Shown here piece by piece: positions 1 to 12,859 of a stretch of 64,000 bases of DNA (the first letter of the stretch is position 1; each line of letters begins with the position of its first letter). The stretch is from Squalus acanthias (Eukaryota). The DNA lies in the NCBI GenBank assembly GCA_030390025.1, contig CM059436.1, positions 39,556,001 through 39,620,000 of the forward strand. The letters are read 5' to 3'. Both the position numbers and the translations under genes were made by a program. The notes below the pieces were generated by a model. It saw only the letters and a program-made list of their open reading frames with translations. It was not told the origin of the DNA and did no database searches.

Positions 1-29
1 TTGGGTCAGACATCCGTTTTACACCCCAC

Positions 30-540
30 TTCTTTCGTATGGTAGTAGCAAAGCAAATCAAATGTCAATATCTAAGTCAGATATCCAGACCAAAGCTTCC
101 AGTGTAACAGCGTGGATATCTTGTAGGCTGCCTGCGAATTTCCTCTGAGGGCAGTGCTCAGTGACGTGCTCCACGGTCTGATTAGGAGCTCCACAGTCGC
201 ATGATGGGGATGCTTTAATCTTCCGTCTATGGAGAAGCTGGCAGTATCTACCATGACTGGTTCTGAGGTGGTTGATGGTTGTCCACTGCTTGCGAGGAAG
301 GTTTGATCCTTCAGGTTGTACTGTGGGATCCTCTATAAGCAATCCATTCCATATGTCATAGTTCTTCCAAGCATTTCACAATCGGTCATCAAGACTGAGG
401 GGAGATCGCTGAAGGGCTTTGGCGACAGTCTAAAATGGCCTTCTAGATTTGAGACGGGTTGGTGGTACGTTGTTCAAGTCGGCCTGGATCAGCATGTCTT
501 TGTTGGTGTAGTGGTTGTATTCTCTGGAGACTGCATACTT
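30..540 (-). mobile_element. 3' fragment of a Vingi/Ingi-like (I-group) non-LTR retrotransposon
   Basis: ORF 58..342 has the C-terminal pattern LPRKQWTTINHLRTSHGR...SPSCDCG..QTVEHV.EHCP (CCHC-type). A short 3' UTR ends ...ccatacgaaagaag. The 5' boundary is approximate. Confidence 0.6.
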
Positions 541-638
541 CATTGACTTCAATATAGATTAAAATTGGGCGGGGTATAAAATGGCTGTCCAACCCGTCCC
601 TGCCCCATTCTTACCAGGCAGATTCATTTAAAATTATT

Positions 639-2381
639 GGGGGGAATTTTGCGGGGGATCAGCGGGCATGATTGGTAGCGGGTTGGCTGGGAAAATGTTT
701 TTTTTTGACAGCGGGCCAGGACCCCGCTATCAACCTGCCGCCACACGCCTTTCCCAAATGTCGGGTCTGTCATCGGTGAGAAGACCCGACATGCAACGGC
801 GGGGGAGGCAATTCAGGTCATTATGGCCTGGTTAACAGAGGATTAAGAACTATTTTCAGCTCACCTTCAGAGTTTACCAGGTCACCCACCGGGTCCACGC
901 TGCTTGGGGATCACGTCAGGTAAGCAGGTCAGGAGTTGAATGGCCATGGAATCATCTCACTGCAAATGTGCTATAAAAGCTCCCATCTCACAGCTGTTCA
1001 CTTTCCAAGCTCAGGAGCTGTTGCTTACTGCATTTGGAAGACAGCTTTATGCAGGTTGCAAGTGTTTGGAGCAAACTCTGTATCCAGTATCACCTCATTG
1101 GAACAACCTCTTTCACCATTGACAGATTGCTTCTGTCATCTCAAGTTCAACTGCCATCTATTACATCAGAATGGGAACGGTTTATACTGTCTCACCTTGG
1201 TCCTCAGAATCCCACCACGATCAGCCCCAACACCAGCAGCACCAGGCACACTAGCAGCACCAACAACAACACCAACCTTCTCTGCAATCAACTGATGCTG
1301 CACAGGACACAGGGCATCAGTACCCGACCACATTGCTGCCCGGGGATGCCAGGGATGACGTCACCATGGCCAGATTTACTTCACTTGACGCTGCACACCC
1401 TCGCTACCACATGATGCGCCAGGTTGGCACCACCCCACACCAACACCATAAAGCATCCCTACAATGCCCAAGCCATTTGCTTCGCACTCATCAGCATTGC
1501 GGGGGGTACCATTCACTGCAACTCACTAAGCCACTTCCAAAGATTCACACAAATCTGTCCAAGAACACAAAGTGTTGAAAATAAAGATTTCAATGTTTGA
1601 CAGCACATTACCAGAAACTTCACATGAACATTGGCTAAAACACCCATGTGCCTACCCTTGTGTGCTGTTAGTTTGTATGATTGGACAAGGATGAGGGTGA
1701 GTGTGAGTGGTGGCTCGTGAGATGGGGAAGTGATAATGTAGATAGAGAGGGATGGGTGGAGATGCAAGGTAAGTTGGTGTGAGTAAGGATGTGCAGGAGT
1801 AGGGTAGGGAAGGCAGAGTGATGGGAATGTGATGAATGGCACAGCAGGATGAGGTTGAGTGCGGCTTGGCAGTAACTTTTCGTGATCTACTGAGATTATT
1901 GAAAGGTTTGCGCCACTGCAGCCAGGTACTCCTGACGACATCCCTGCTTGTGTCCTCCTGTGCAATGTGCAACCAGGTTGCATTGATCTCCTGGGGAGGT
2001 CTCTTCCTCCCATGGGAAGGGGAAAGAACCTCCTGCATGCTGTGACTATGGAGGGAGTCATGGCAGAGCCTGGGTGCAGCCCTGCACCTTTGTGCAGTGC
2101 TTGTCAGTGTTTGCAACACCTCAAAGCTGTAGAACCCTGACAGCATAAATGTCAAAATTAATTTGCGCATGGTCCCTTTAAGGAAACCGGCTGATGACAC
2201 ATCATCGAATGATGTCATCTAATCTGCTTCCTTTAATTGGCCGGCAAACGCGGTGGGTGGGCTTAACAAGCCCAATCAGGGGAAAATCATTTTGGACAGC
2301 GGGCTGGAGCCGGCAGCGAGACCGGGACCCGCCACCGACATCGCCCACCATGGACCTGCCGAGGTTGGTAAAATCCAGCCC
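639..2381 (+). mobile_element. Internally deleted non-autonomous Harbinger element (transposase 5' remnant on +, Myb/SANT exon 1 on -)
   Basis: Imperfect TIRs GGGGGGAATTTT / AAAATCCAGCCC and a 3-bp TSD ATT (636-638, 2382-2384). The minus-strand peptide resembles Harbinger Myb/SANT exon 1 (EVLSPSHGRKRPPQEINATWLHIAQE). Colinear with 41084-42790. Confidence 0.85.
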
Positions 2382-2930
2382 ATTGTATCCTATTGATATA
2401 AGATCAAAATTTGGGTGGGGATTTTGATTACCTGACATTATCCATGTTGGGAGGAGTGGTAAGTGGAGGTTTTAGTGGAATTTTTTCTTGCTGTTTGATT
2501 AATATTAACATGTTTTAAATAACCATTTTCTCTGTCCTTTTAACATTGGGGAATATTCAGTGGCCATGCCTTCGTTTACAGTCGGGCGGTGGGGGAGGCA
2601 GAGAAGAAGGTACTAAGGGAATGTTGTTTGATCCCCAAAAGTGCATTGTTTTGACTTCAGCACATGTTTCACCAACAGCTCCACCTCGCTTTCAGTAAAT
2701 TGCTGAAAGTGAGTTGGAGCTGTTGGTAAAATAAGACCTAAATCCCACTTTCACTTGTGTCTTCCCACCACTAGTTTATTTCCTATATCTCTTAAATAAA
2801 TCCTTTAACATGGAAATGCATTGCTTATGTTTCTGTAGCTTGATTTGGCAGTAGCATTTCTACTAGCTGTATTTTCATCAAATTGAAAGTGAAAGTTGTT
2901 AAATTTAGAACTGGTGATTTAACCACTGTT

Positions 2931-3670
2931 ATGAATGGTAGGACCCTAGGAAGGACAGAGGATCAGAGGGACCTTGGTGTGCATGTACATAGATGCCCGA
3001 AGGCAGCAGGACAGGTAGATAAGGTGGTTAAGAAGGCATATGGGATACTTGCCTTCATTAGCCGAGGCATAGAATATAAGAGCAGGGAGGTTATGATGGA
3101 GCTGTACAAAACGCTAGTTAGGCCACAGCTGGAATACTGTGTGCAGTTCTGGTCGCCACACTATAGGAAGGATGTGATTGCATTGGAGAGGGTGCAGAGG
3201 AGATTCACCAGGATGTTACCTGGGCTGGAGCGTTTCAGCTATGAAGAGAGACTGGACAGGCTGGGGTTGTTTTCCTTAGAGCAGAGAAGGCTGAGGGGGG
3301 ACCTGATTGAGGTGTACAAAATTATGAGGGGCATAGATAGGGTAGATAGAAAGGAACTTTTTCCCTTAGTAGAGGGGTCAATAATCAGGGGGCATAGTTT
3401 CAAGATAAGGGGCAGGAGGTTCAGAGGGAATTTGAGGAAAAACCTTTTCACCCAGAGGGTGGTTGGAATCTGGAACTCACTACCTGAAAGAGTGGTAGAG
3501 GCAGGAGCCCTCACAACATTCAAGAAGCATTTAGATGAGCACTTGAAACGCCATAGCATACAAGGTTACGGACCAAGTGCTGGAAAATGGGATTAGAATA
3601 GACAGGGCTTGATGGCCGGTGCAGGCACGATGGGCCGAAGGGCCTCTTTCTGTGCTATATACTCTATGAC
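2931..3670 (+). mobile_element. 5'-truncated CR1 LINE (ORF2 C-terminus and 3' UTR)
   Basis: ORF 2883..3596 has the CR1 motifs RDLGV, LYKTLVRPQLEYCVQFWSP, LERVQRRFTRM, RRLRGDLIEVYKI and FTQRVV..WN.LP. The tail ends ctctatgact. Confidence 0.95.
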
Positions 3671-3839
3671 TATTAGCAGAATGGAAAATTATGGTCAATA
3701 TTGGGGCAGTATAGAAGGAGCTTGCAAAAGGTTTCAAGCAAGGATTGGTATACTATCTACCTATCATCGAATGAGCAAGAAAAGGCAGACATTTTTAACA
3801 TAGTGTACAGAGTAAGCATGTTGTAATCAGACACTTAAA

Positions 3840-4610
3840 GGCCACGATATTTACGGGGAGGGAGCGGGGGTTGAGGGAGAAGTTTTGCAGTTGGGAAACC
3901 GAGAAGAGCAGGTTTCCCTCAGATCCTGCCAAATTTAACGGCAGGACCTGATTACCATTTTGGAAAACTGTTGCCCGGCCGCAGCCAGCTGGATTGAAAG
4001 GCTAGCTGTCGGGTGGGTAGGCCTGCGGCTCCAGGCAGCACTTGGGGAGCGGAGAGGCAAGCCGCAGAGATCGGGGGGAGGAGGGGAGAAGATCGTGGAA
4101 GGGGCCGGAGAGATCGGGGGAGAAGGTTGCGGATGGCCTGTGGAGAATATGGGGGTCAGGAGGAGATTGTGGGCCACGGAGGACATAGAGATGGCATCGG
4201 ATCATGGAGGATGGGGATCCGATCGTTGGGGAGGGTAACGGGTTTGCTTGGTGGGCCAGGAAGAAGCACTCCTGCTCCACCCGGCACACCAAGCAGTGCT
4301 TTAAAAGGCTGTTCCATCCAGCAGTCCTCGCCTCCCTTTAGCTGCCGGGTTTTTCGAGGCCCGGGAAACCCAGCCAGCCAGCATTGAAGCTGGAACAGAG
4401 AAAAAAATCTGAGGCACGCAGCCTCATTAAAATATTTCAGTCAGAGATCCACCTCTTGGGAGTGGGTTGGTCGCCTGCTCCATCGTCCCACCACTGTTAA
4501 AACCGGAAGTGGGCGGGTTCGAGGCGGGTTAGGGTCGGGTTGAAATTTTTTATATTTTTACTTCCCACCCGACCCAAACCCACCTGTTTTTGGGGGTTAA
4601 AATTTCCCCC
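3840..4610. mobile_element. GC-rich Harbinger-type MITE-like element
   Basis: Ends resemble the Harbinger TIRs seen elsewhere in the window (GGCCACGATATTTAC ... TAAAATTTCCCCC). GC-rich non-coding interior. No clean TSD. Confidence 0.45.
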
Positions 4611-6394
4611 TTTGTCGCCTTTTCTCCTTCATAATCTAAATCTTCTCCCTGTAAAGAGCTCTTCATAATTTTAGGAAAAGTATTAATAATAAAAATAGGT
4701 TACAAAATGTACTGTAGCAACGTGGATTAGCAACCATTAACCATTTGGTACCGAGGGAAATAAAAAAAAATTAAAGAGGTGAAGCTAAAACCTTTTAGAA
4801 AAATTATACATTTCAATAGTTTAGTGATCGTAGAACCCTCGACACACTCTGCTGAACGGTTGAGTGTGGAGAAATTCAGTTGCCTTTTCTTCCACAAATC
4901 GACAGTGACACTTGTCTTTTTTTCTGCTTGTTACCATATTACTTTGGACAGGATTCCTAGTAAAATTGGTCCCAGCTGGGACACATTATTCAAAGTGCTT
5001 GATTGCAACAGTATTTTACAACACTGTAACCTGGATAATGTATTTGTAACATTTTTTTGGTGAGAAATCTAGGTGTAATAAAGTCAGCAGCCAAGAAGAA
5101 AGGAGGCAAGATTGCAGAGCTTATACAATCAAGAAAAACGTATCACAATATGGCTTCTAAGTTTAATTTTTACACTTCTGGGGAGGGTACAAAAATGCTT
5201 GTCATCTGTTAGCTGATCCTTTTTCATCTCTACAACCTCTCTCTCCCATGACCTTTCTTGTCTGGTTCTATTTTATCAAGAACGCTATGGGCCCTGCTCC
5301 TCTGAACTTTCCTCTCTTGTTCCTTCAAAGGGTTCAAATATGCTGCCTGCTCTCTCTTTTGTCTTACTTGCATTCTACTGCACGTACAGGTTATATTTTC
5401 TGATCCATTTCCTGCATTCTCATATATTTCCCAGTCCCTATGCTAAGGTATATAGTCCTTCCTACATTCTCCCAAGAGTATACTTTCTTTGTCCAGAGAA
5501 TGACAAATGTAACACATGTTGACTTCCCTATGGACTAAACATTCCTGGGAGTGGCCTAATAAATTATTCATAGTGAGTCCTGGCACATATTGGGCCTGGC
5601 AGTAGGAGCTCAGCAACTGGAAGCTGGGTCAGGGAAATTATCGTTATAGTGGTGCAGCAAAATTTAAAGACATGCAGCAGCAATTATAAGTAAGTGGCTG
5701 CATAGGATGGTAAAAATTGTTGCAGCCTTTACAAAGGCTGAAAATATTCGAAAAGCTTATCCAAAGGCTGCATGGACTGAAAAAGTAGCTGCCAAAAGCT
5801 GCGGCTGGCAAAATAAATATGAAGGCTGGAAACGGAATCTATAGGTAACTGATTGAGCTGTGCAGCCCCTGAACCTCATGTTTAATGATTGGTGAAGTCA
5901 AGGTGTGATGAGGGTTGTTCTGTTTGGCATTTCCAAACAACTTTTTCCAGAAGGTGGCAGTACAATAAGCCAGGGTCAGTGCTGTGTATGGTAATCACAA
6001 GACCTGGGAACAGATGCAGAAAAAGATGGTACACCTTAAGGAAACTGTCATGGTTAGACTACCCAACAGTACCATTTACCAGGTAGTCATCCAGGTATTC
6101 CTGCCACAAAGTGTTGCCTGTTCCATGTTTACTGCTGTCTCAAGCCAAGCCCTCACACAATCATGTAGCGGTTTCAGTAATTCTCATGCACATGCATTCT
6201 CCAGCAGGGCACTATACACAAACTGCAACTTACAACTGACATTGTTAGCACAAAGGGATTCTTACATAAAATGATTGTAACAAACCTACCTGCCTACTTG
6301 ATGCATGGTCATGAAGCATAGGACCGTGCTGCAATCCGTGAACCCTGTGCTTTGGGAAATGAAGCAATGTGGTGAGATTGATCAACCATGTTAT

Positions 6395-7221
6395 GCAACA
6401 CCTGCCCTTATACCTCCCCCCTTCCCACTGTCCAGGGCCCCAAACACCCCTTCCAGGTGAAACAGCGATTTACTTGTACTTCTTGCAATTTAGTATACTG
6501 TATTCGCTGCTCACGATGTGGTCTCCTCTACATTGGGGAGACCAAACGCAGATTGGGTGACCGCTTTGCGGAACACCTCCGTTCAGTCCATAAGGGGGAC
6601 TCCGAGCTTCCGGTCGCCTGTCACTTTAATTCTCCGCTCCACTCCCACTCAGACCTCACTGTCCTCGGCCTCTTGCATTGTTCCACTGAAGCTCAGCGTA
6701 AGCTCGAGGAACAGCACCTCATCTTTCGATCAGGCACTTTACAGCCTTCTGGACTCAACATAGAGTTCAACAATTTCAGATCATAACCTCGGCCCCTATC
6801 CTATATATATTTTTTATCCACACCTTTTGTTTGTGTCTTTTCTTCTCTCCCACATGGCAGCTGTCTTTCATTCTGCCAGCGCAATTTAGACTTCATCTAG
6901 AGCCATCCTTTGTTTCCTAACCTGTCCCATTACCATCTCCTTTTGCCTTGAATATCTCTTAATGTCTCTTAATCTCTCCTGCCTTCTATCCTATCACAGG
7001 CCTTCCCTTTTGTTCTTTCATCCCCTCCCCCCTTTCCCAGCCCCTACACTTGCTTAAAAATCTGTTCCATTTCCTGCTTTTTTCCAGTTCTGACGAAAGG
7101 TCATCGAGCTGAAACGTTAACTCTGTTTCTCTCTTCACAGATGCTGCCTGACCTGCTGAGTATCTCCAGCATTTTCTGTTTTTATTTCAGATTTCCAGCA
7201 TCTGCAGTATTTTCTTTTTGT
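6395..7221 (+). mobile_element. 5'-truncated Penelope-like element (GIY-YIG endonuclease C-terminus plus 3' pLTR)
   Basis: ORF 6388..6786 contains NLVYCIRCSRCGLLYIGETKRRLGDRFAEH...VACHFN...PSGLN, the PLE GIY-YIG domain. An 11-bp TSD AACCATGTTAT lies at 6384-6394 and 7222-7232. Confidence 0.9.
7086..7122 (+). ncRNA. Minimal type-I hammerhead ribozyme motif in the Penelope pLTR
   Basis: AGTT-CTGACGA-A-AGGTC-ATC-GAGCT-GAAAC-GTT-AACT shows the CUGANGA and GAAA cores, stem I AGTT/AACT, stem II with one mismatch, and a palindromic ACGT helix III. PLE minimal hammerheads are an established class. Confidence 0.75.
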
Positions 7222-7259
7222 AACCATGTTATTACATAGTGTTACAGTATATAGTACAT

Positions 7260-7982
7260 GGTAGGAAAATTGGCTCGTGCCCCCTTTGGGGTGATAACTT
7301 CGCCGGGGTGCTACTTTTAGCGCCCCAAAAAAGTTAGTGCCCCCACGCCTGAAATTCAATGGTAGCTCCCAAGCAGGAGGCAGGGCACTACTGGAAGCGC
7401 TCCCCCTCCCTCTTGGGACGCTCCCATTGAATATCACGGCGCTACGTGCAGCAGCGCCATGCGCGTCGGCACATAGCGCCACGGTACTGCAGGCCTCCCC
7501 TGATTAAAGGGGAGGGGCCTAGCGCTTAGCGACCCTGCTGGACCACCGGGGAGCGGGGTGCTGGCAAAAAAGCCCAGCACTCAATAGAAGTGCCGGCCAA
7601 CACCCCGCAGCAGGAAGCGAGAGGGGGCAGGTGCTGGCAGGTGGCCAAAAAAAAAGGGGCACCTGGCACCTGCCCTTTAATTATCGCTGCCCCGGCCGCA
7701 AAAACGCCCCCCTGACCCTGTCAGACATAGCGTCCGGTGGTAGGTCAGGGGGCGTGAGCCAAGTTTGCGGCCGGGGCGCGAGTGAGGCACTGTACATGGC
7801 GATGACGTCATCGCCGGAGGTGCAGCGCCGCAGGGTGCTACCGGCTACCGCTGCGCTAACCAACCGCTGAATTTCGTGGGAGGCATTAGCGGCGATGTGT
7901 CCGGGCGCGAGTTGCTTTGCGCCCCGGTAGCGCCCGAAAAGGGGCGCTACCGGAAGGCACAGAACAACTGAATTTTCCCCCC
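7260..7982 (-). mobile_element. Harbinger MITE related to the 22266-26344 element
   Basis: The reverse complement of the right end (GGGGGGAAAATTCAGTTG...GCAAAGCAACT.GCGCC) matches the left subterminal region of 22266-26344. Homologous to 9123-9855. Confidence 0.75.
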
Positions 7983-7985
7983 ACA

Positions 7986-8385
7986 GTATTTACAGCACAG
8001 AAACAGGCCATTCAGCCCAACGAGTCCATGTCGGTGTTTATGCTCCACACGAGCCTCTTCCCATTCTTCTTCATCTAACCCTATCAACATATCCTTCTAT
8101 TCCATTCTCCCTCATGTATTTAATAAGCTTCCCCTTAAATGCATCTATGCTATTCGCCTCAACCACTTCATGTGGTAGCGAGTTCCACATACTAACCACT
8201 CTCTGGTAAAGAAGTTTCTCTTGAATTCCCTATTGGATTTATTAGTGAGTATCTTATATTTATGGCCCCTAGTTCTGGTCTTGCCTGGAAGTGGAAACAT
8301 CTTTTCTACCCTATGAAACCCTTTCATAATCTTAAAGATCTCTATCAAGTCACCCCTCAGTCTTTTTTCTAGAAAAAAGAGCCCT
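7986..8385 (-). mobile_element. CR1 LINE 3' fragment
   Basis: Minus-strand peptide MIEIFKIMKGF...KTRTRGHKYKI...KRNFFT followed by a CR1-type 3' UTR. Confidence 0.85.
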
Positions 8386-9122
8386 ATTGGTAATCAGTGG
8401 GAAAGGAGATGATTGGGTGATACTGCAGACAACTCCTGTGCTAGCCTGAAGCTTTGGAAAGGTAGCAATTACAGTCGGCTTTCGGTGAATTAGCAGATAG
8501 TATTTGGCTATTTTACGTTCCACATAAACATTGCATACTGTTGGGAAAATAAAACATTTTCAAAAATTGAGATAGATGAACATATTTTTAAAATTTGCAA
8601 AACATTGTAAAAAGGTTTTCATTAAAATGGCAACAAAAATTAATAACAAAAGTCAGTACTCAAGAATTCCTTTGAAAGCTCCTTGGTTCATAGTGGTTCA
8701 TGGTGCATTGGCACTGGGATCACTGTTCTTTGCAGCAAGCACCTGTGGTTCACTGAGCTGACCTTGCACCATAATACAACATTGTCTCATGTACATATTG
8801 TCATGGTGCTCCCAGCGAACAGTGCATGACACACTGAGATTGCACCGAGGAAGTTATAGGGGTTAGGTTATCTGGTGCCAGCAGCTCTTAAAGAAGCTGG
8901 ATTTCTTAAAGCTGTACTGGTGTAGATGGTGGGGTGGGGGGGCCGGTGGGGAGAATGTCTGCAGCAAGGTCAAGTGGTAAAACAGTATCATTTCACGATA
9001 CTGCGCTGGATGCCATACTCCAGGAGGTGTTGGTCAGAAGCATCATTCTTTTTGGTGTGGAGGGGCATCTTGCTGTGAAGAATGGTGCAAGATTGACATA
9101 AATTGGGGCAGCAGAATGATGA

Positions 9123-9855
9123 GGGGCTAATAATTGAGGGCGCTAACTTCGCTGGGGCGCTACTTTTAGCCCCGGAAAAATTAGCGCCCCCGCACCGGAA
9201 ATTGAGTGGTTGCACCCCAAGATGGAAGCGGGGCGCTACTGGAAGCACCCCGCATCCCTCTTGGGGCGCTGCGAGTCAATATCGCGGCGCTATGTGCCAC
9301 AGCACCACGCGCTGCGGCACGTCGCGCCGCGGTATTGCAGGCCTTCCTCCCCTTCTTAAAGGGGAGGGGCCTTGCACAGTGTGACCCGGGGCCCAGCTGG
9401 ACCCCCAGGGATCGGGAGTGCTGGCAAAAGAGCCCGGCGCTCAAGAGAAGTGCTGGGCTCTTGGAGTGCAGCCGACATCCGTGGGCGGGGGGGAGAGGGG
9501 GGGGCGTTTCAAGAAGCCTGGGACAGGAGCACAGGCAGGTGCTGGCAGGCGGCCAGCAACAAAAATGGCCACCCCACACCTCACCTTTAAATTGCACCTC
9601 CCCAGCCGCAGGTAGGCCCCAATGACCCCGTCGCACATAGCGTCTGGCGGTAAGTCAGGGGGCGCTCCCGAAGCTCGTGGCTGGGGCGCGAGTGGGGCGC
9701 TGCGCACGGCGATGACATCATCACTGGCGGCGCAGCGCTGCGGGGCGCTCCTGGTTAGCGCCGCCGCTCACCTCCCGCTGAATTTCGCGGGAGGTGTGGG
9801 CAGCGCTGCGCCCGGGCGCTAGTTGCTTTGCACAAAGCAACCGAATTTTTACCCT
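9123..9855 (-). mobile_element. Harbinger MITE, second copy of the 7260-7982 family
   Basis: Colinear with 7260-7982 throughout (for example GCTACTTTTAG, GCGATGAC.TCATC, GCTGAATTTCG.GGGAGG). TIR-like ends. Confidence 0.75.
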
Positions 9856-10458
9856 AGATGCTGTTTCACTTGTCCACAGAATGTGGCAGTAGATGCAATA
9901 GAAATTATGGACCGGAATTTTCTGGGGTCTGTACGGGTGAGATCGGCGATGGGTCGGGTGGGAAATTTGAAATAAGTTGCAGCTGGTTGGGAACCTGCCA
10001 TCATCACGCCCCCACGCGCTTTTCCTTCAGGCGCATTTGCTGGTGCAGCACCAACCTGACCAGTAGAGGCGGGCGACCTAATTCAAATCATTAACAGGTA
10101 GTTGCCAGACCCTGAAGAGCGTTTTTCAGCCTACCTTTCAAATTTCCCTGGCTGCCCACGGGATTCACGCAGCTCGGGAACCACATCTGTCAGCATAAGG
10201 CGGGAGTTGAGTGGCCATTGCTCCAGCTGATTAGATGACAGCATGAAATGTACTATAAAAGCTCCCACCTCACAGCTGATCACTTTCCTCAGGCAGAAGC
10301 TGTTGCTGACTGCATTCCCAGCACACATTTAGATTTCTACAGGCTGCAAGTGTTTCCAGCAAAGTCGCCATCCAGTCTCACCTCATTGGTTCAACCTCTC
10401 TCACCATTGACAGATTGCTTCTCTCATCTCTACTTGACCTGAGATCTATTCCACCAGC

Positions 10459-11495
10459 ATGGGTGCCATTTATACTGTCTCACCTTGGTCCCCAGAATCG
10501 GACCACAATGACCCCAGCACACCAGCAACACCAACAACACCACCAACCTTCTCCTCAACCACCTGATGCTGCACAGGACAGAGGGCATCGGCGCAGGGCT
10601 GCGCCGCGCCGGAGGCAATACCCCCAACACAGGGTGTACAGGCAGAGGATGAGCTTCTTCAACATGACTGAGCAGCAGTGCTAAAGGAGGCTCAGGCTAT
10701 CGCGGCAGGTCGTCGCAGACATTTGCACATTGCTCGAGCAAGATCTGCAGCCCAGAGGAGTGGGTGGATACTCCTTACCAGTGGCTGTCAAAGTCATCAG
10801 CGCCCTCAACTTCTTCGCCTCAGACTCCTTCCAGGGATCTGCAGCAGACATTTGTGGTATCTTGCAGTTGGCCGCCCACAGATGCATCACACAGGTCACC
10901 GATGCCCTCTTTGACAAGTCAGCCAATTATATCAACTTTGCCACTGATGAAGCCAGTGTTACTGAGTGGGCGCTCGACATTGCCACTCTGGCTGGCTTCC
11001 GACGGGTGCAGGGCGTCATCAACTGCACACATGTAGCCATCAGGGCCCCCCATCATAAACCAGGAGTTTTTGTCAACCGCAAGTGCTTCCACTCCCTCAA
11101 TGTGCAGCTGGTCTGCAACCATAGGAAGATCATCATGCATGTGTGTGCCAAATTCCCTCAGCTCTTTGCTCCTCCAAACAGACTTTCCAGCTGGTTGCTT
11201 GGAGACAAGGGCTATCCACTGAAGATGTGGCTCATGACACCCTTGAGGAGACCAAGTACTGAGGCCCAGGAGAGATACAATGAAAGCCACATTTCCACCA
11301 GATGTGTCATAGAGCAGACAATAGGCATGCTTAAAATGCGCTTCAGATGCCTTGACAGATCTGCAGGAGCCCTTCAGTACGCACCAACCAGGATCTCCAG
11401 AATCGTCATGGTCTGCTGCGCCTGCACAAAATAGCACAGCGGCGAGGATTAGCGCTGCATGAAGAGCAAGGCTCTGAGCGCACAGCCTCTTCAGC
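10459..11495 (+). pseudogene. Harbinger (HARBI1-like) DDE transposase, disrupted
   Basis: Motifs [40 protein letters not shown] and [16 protein letters not shown]. There is an in-frame stop at 10682-10684, the first catalytic D is changed to N, and the GSCHDSFIL segment is deleted. Confidence 0.9.
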
Positions 11496-11921
11496 TTATG
11501 TCTGGTGTTGCTGCGCCCTCAGAGGCTGGAGGCTCCTCTGAGGAATCGTCTTCCTCTTCCTCCTGGACAGTGGGGGAGGGGGGTGGGGGGGCTCTTGATG
11601 GACCTGTGGGAGAGTAATGAGATGAGTTAGATACGCCATATGAAGAATGGATACAGATACCATTATGCACATGATGACCATTCAGTGGCTGCTGACATCA
11701 ATCCCTATATGAGTGACTGATGTATACCATGTAGCTGTATGATATGTAACTCTGTCACCAAGTTGCTGAGATGTCCCCCTCTCTCCATCTCCCAACTCCA
11801 GCTGCTCGGCCATTCCCAGTACTTCCAACGCAGCCTCCTCTGCTGTTGTGAGGGTGGAACATGATGGAGACCCACCTCCAGTTCTCTCCCTCTCCCTCTT
11901 ATTGTGCGCTCTCTTTTCCTG

Positions 11922-12402
11922 TGTAAGATTTTGGATCACAGGTCACACACAGATTATTCAAAGGTCTTAGGAGTTGTAAGACATTTTATTAAGGAGTAGC
12001 AGTTTAAGTTAAGTACAACACGCAATCAAGATAGACATAGTAGACATACGACTGTGACAAGCAGCTGGTATCGGTCCCAATCAGACAGACGGCTGGTGTG
12101 CGCGGACAGCTCTTCCCTTCCCTTCACCGTCTGTGCTAAAAGCTCTTTTGATATCTCTTTTACTCTCTTTTTAGGGGTGGGCCTAGGGTAGATTATCAAA
12201 GATACAGTCAACAACCTTTCTAGCACACAAACAGCAGACAGCTAGTCTGGAAACAAGGTCACAGCCACGGTGCAGAATGTTATAACATCCGCAGGGAACC
12301 AAGAACATAAGCAAATTCTAAGCATCTATCCAATTATTCTAATAACAGCCTGAAGAGACTTTTTTGTCTCAAGTTATTTCTTCCAATTCATGATTTCTTA
12401 CA
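11922..12402 (-). repeat. 3' LTR (481 bp)
   Basis: Direct repeat of 17924-19152 once the MITE is removed. AATAAA on - near 11985-11990. Purine-rich PPT AAGGTGGGGAG lies just inside at 12404-12414. Confidence 0.92.
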
Positions 12403-12859
12403 ACTCCCCACCTTGAGAAGGAAATATCCTTATTGACTTCTCACAATCCTCTTTTGACTAATCTAGCTAGCTCTAAGTTATCGGCCCGCTGATACCATTC
12501 ATGCCCAGGGATGTTGGCTGGCATTATAAGCTACTTCCCACCACTTGAAGTCCCCTAATTTGCTTATTGCTTTCTCAGTTAGTAGGGAGACTCAGAAATG
12601 AAGATTTCCCCCTTCCTTACAGTCCATTCTTTTGAGGGGGAGGAGCAACCTCCGACCCTTCACACAGGTTCAGTTCACTGTTCCAGTGTTCCAATTCTGC
12701 CCCACCTGGGGTATCCTCTGTTTCTTCTATCTTTCCTGATATTACCCCACCTGGGGTCTCCTCTACGTTGCTTCGGATTTTCTCTTTCGGTGTGCTCAAT
12801 TAATTTTTTCATGCTGGTTAGTCATAGACATGAGTACACAATTGGCTTATGCATCAAAG

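Noticed and set aside
7260-9855. CpG islands and the many GC-rich ORFs as host genes or promoters
   Set aside because: They are two copies of a GC-rich MITE, and the ORFs reflect the scarcity of stop codons in GC-rich DNA.
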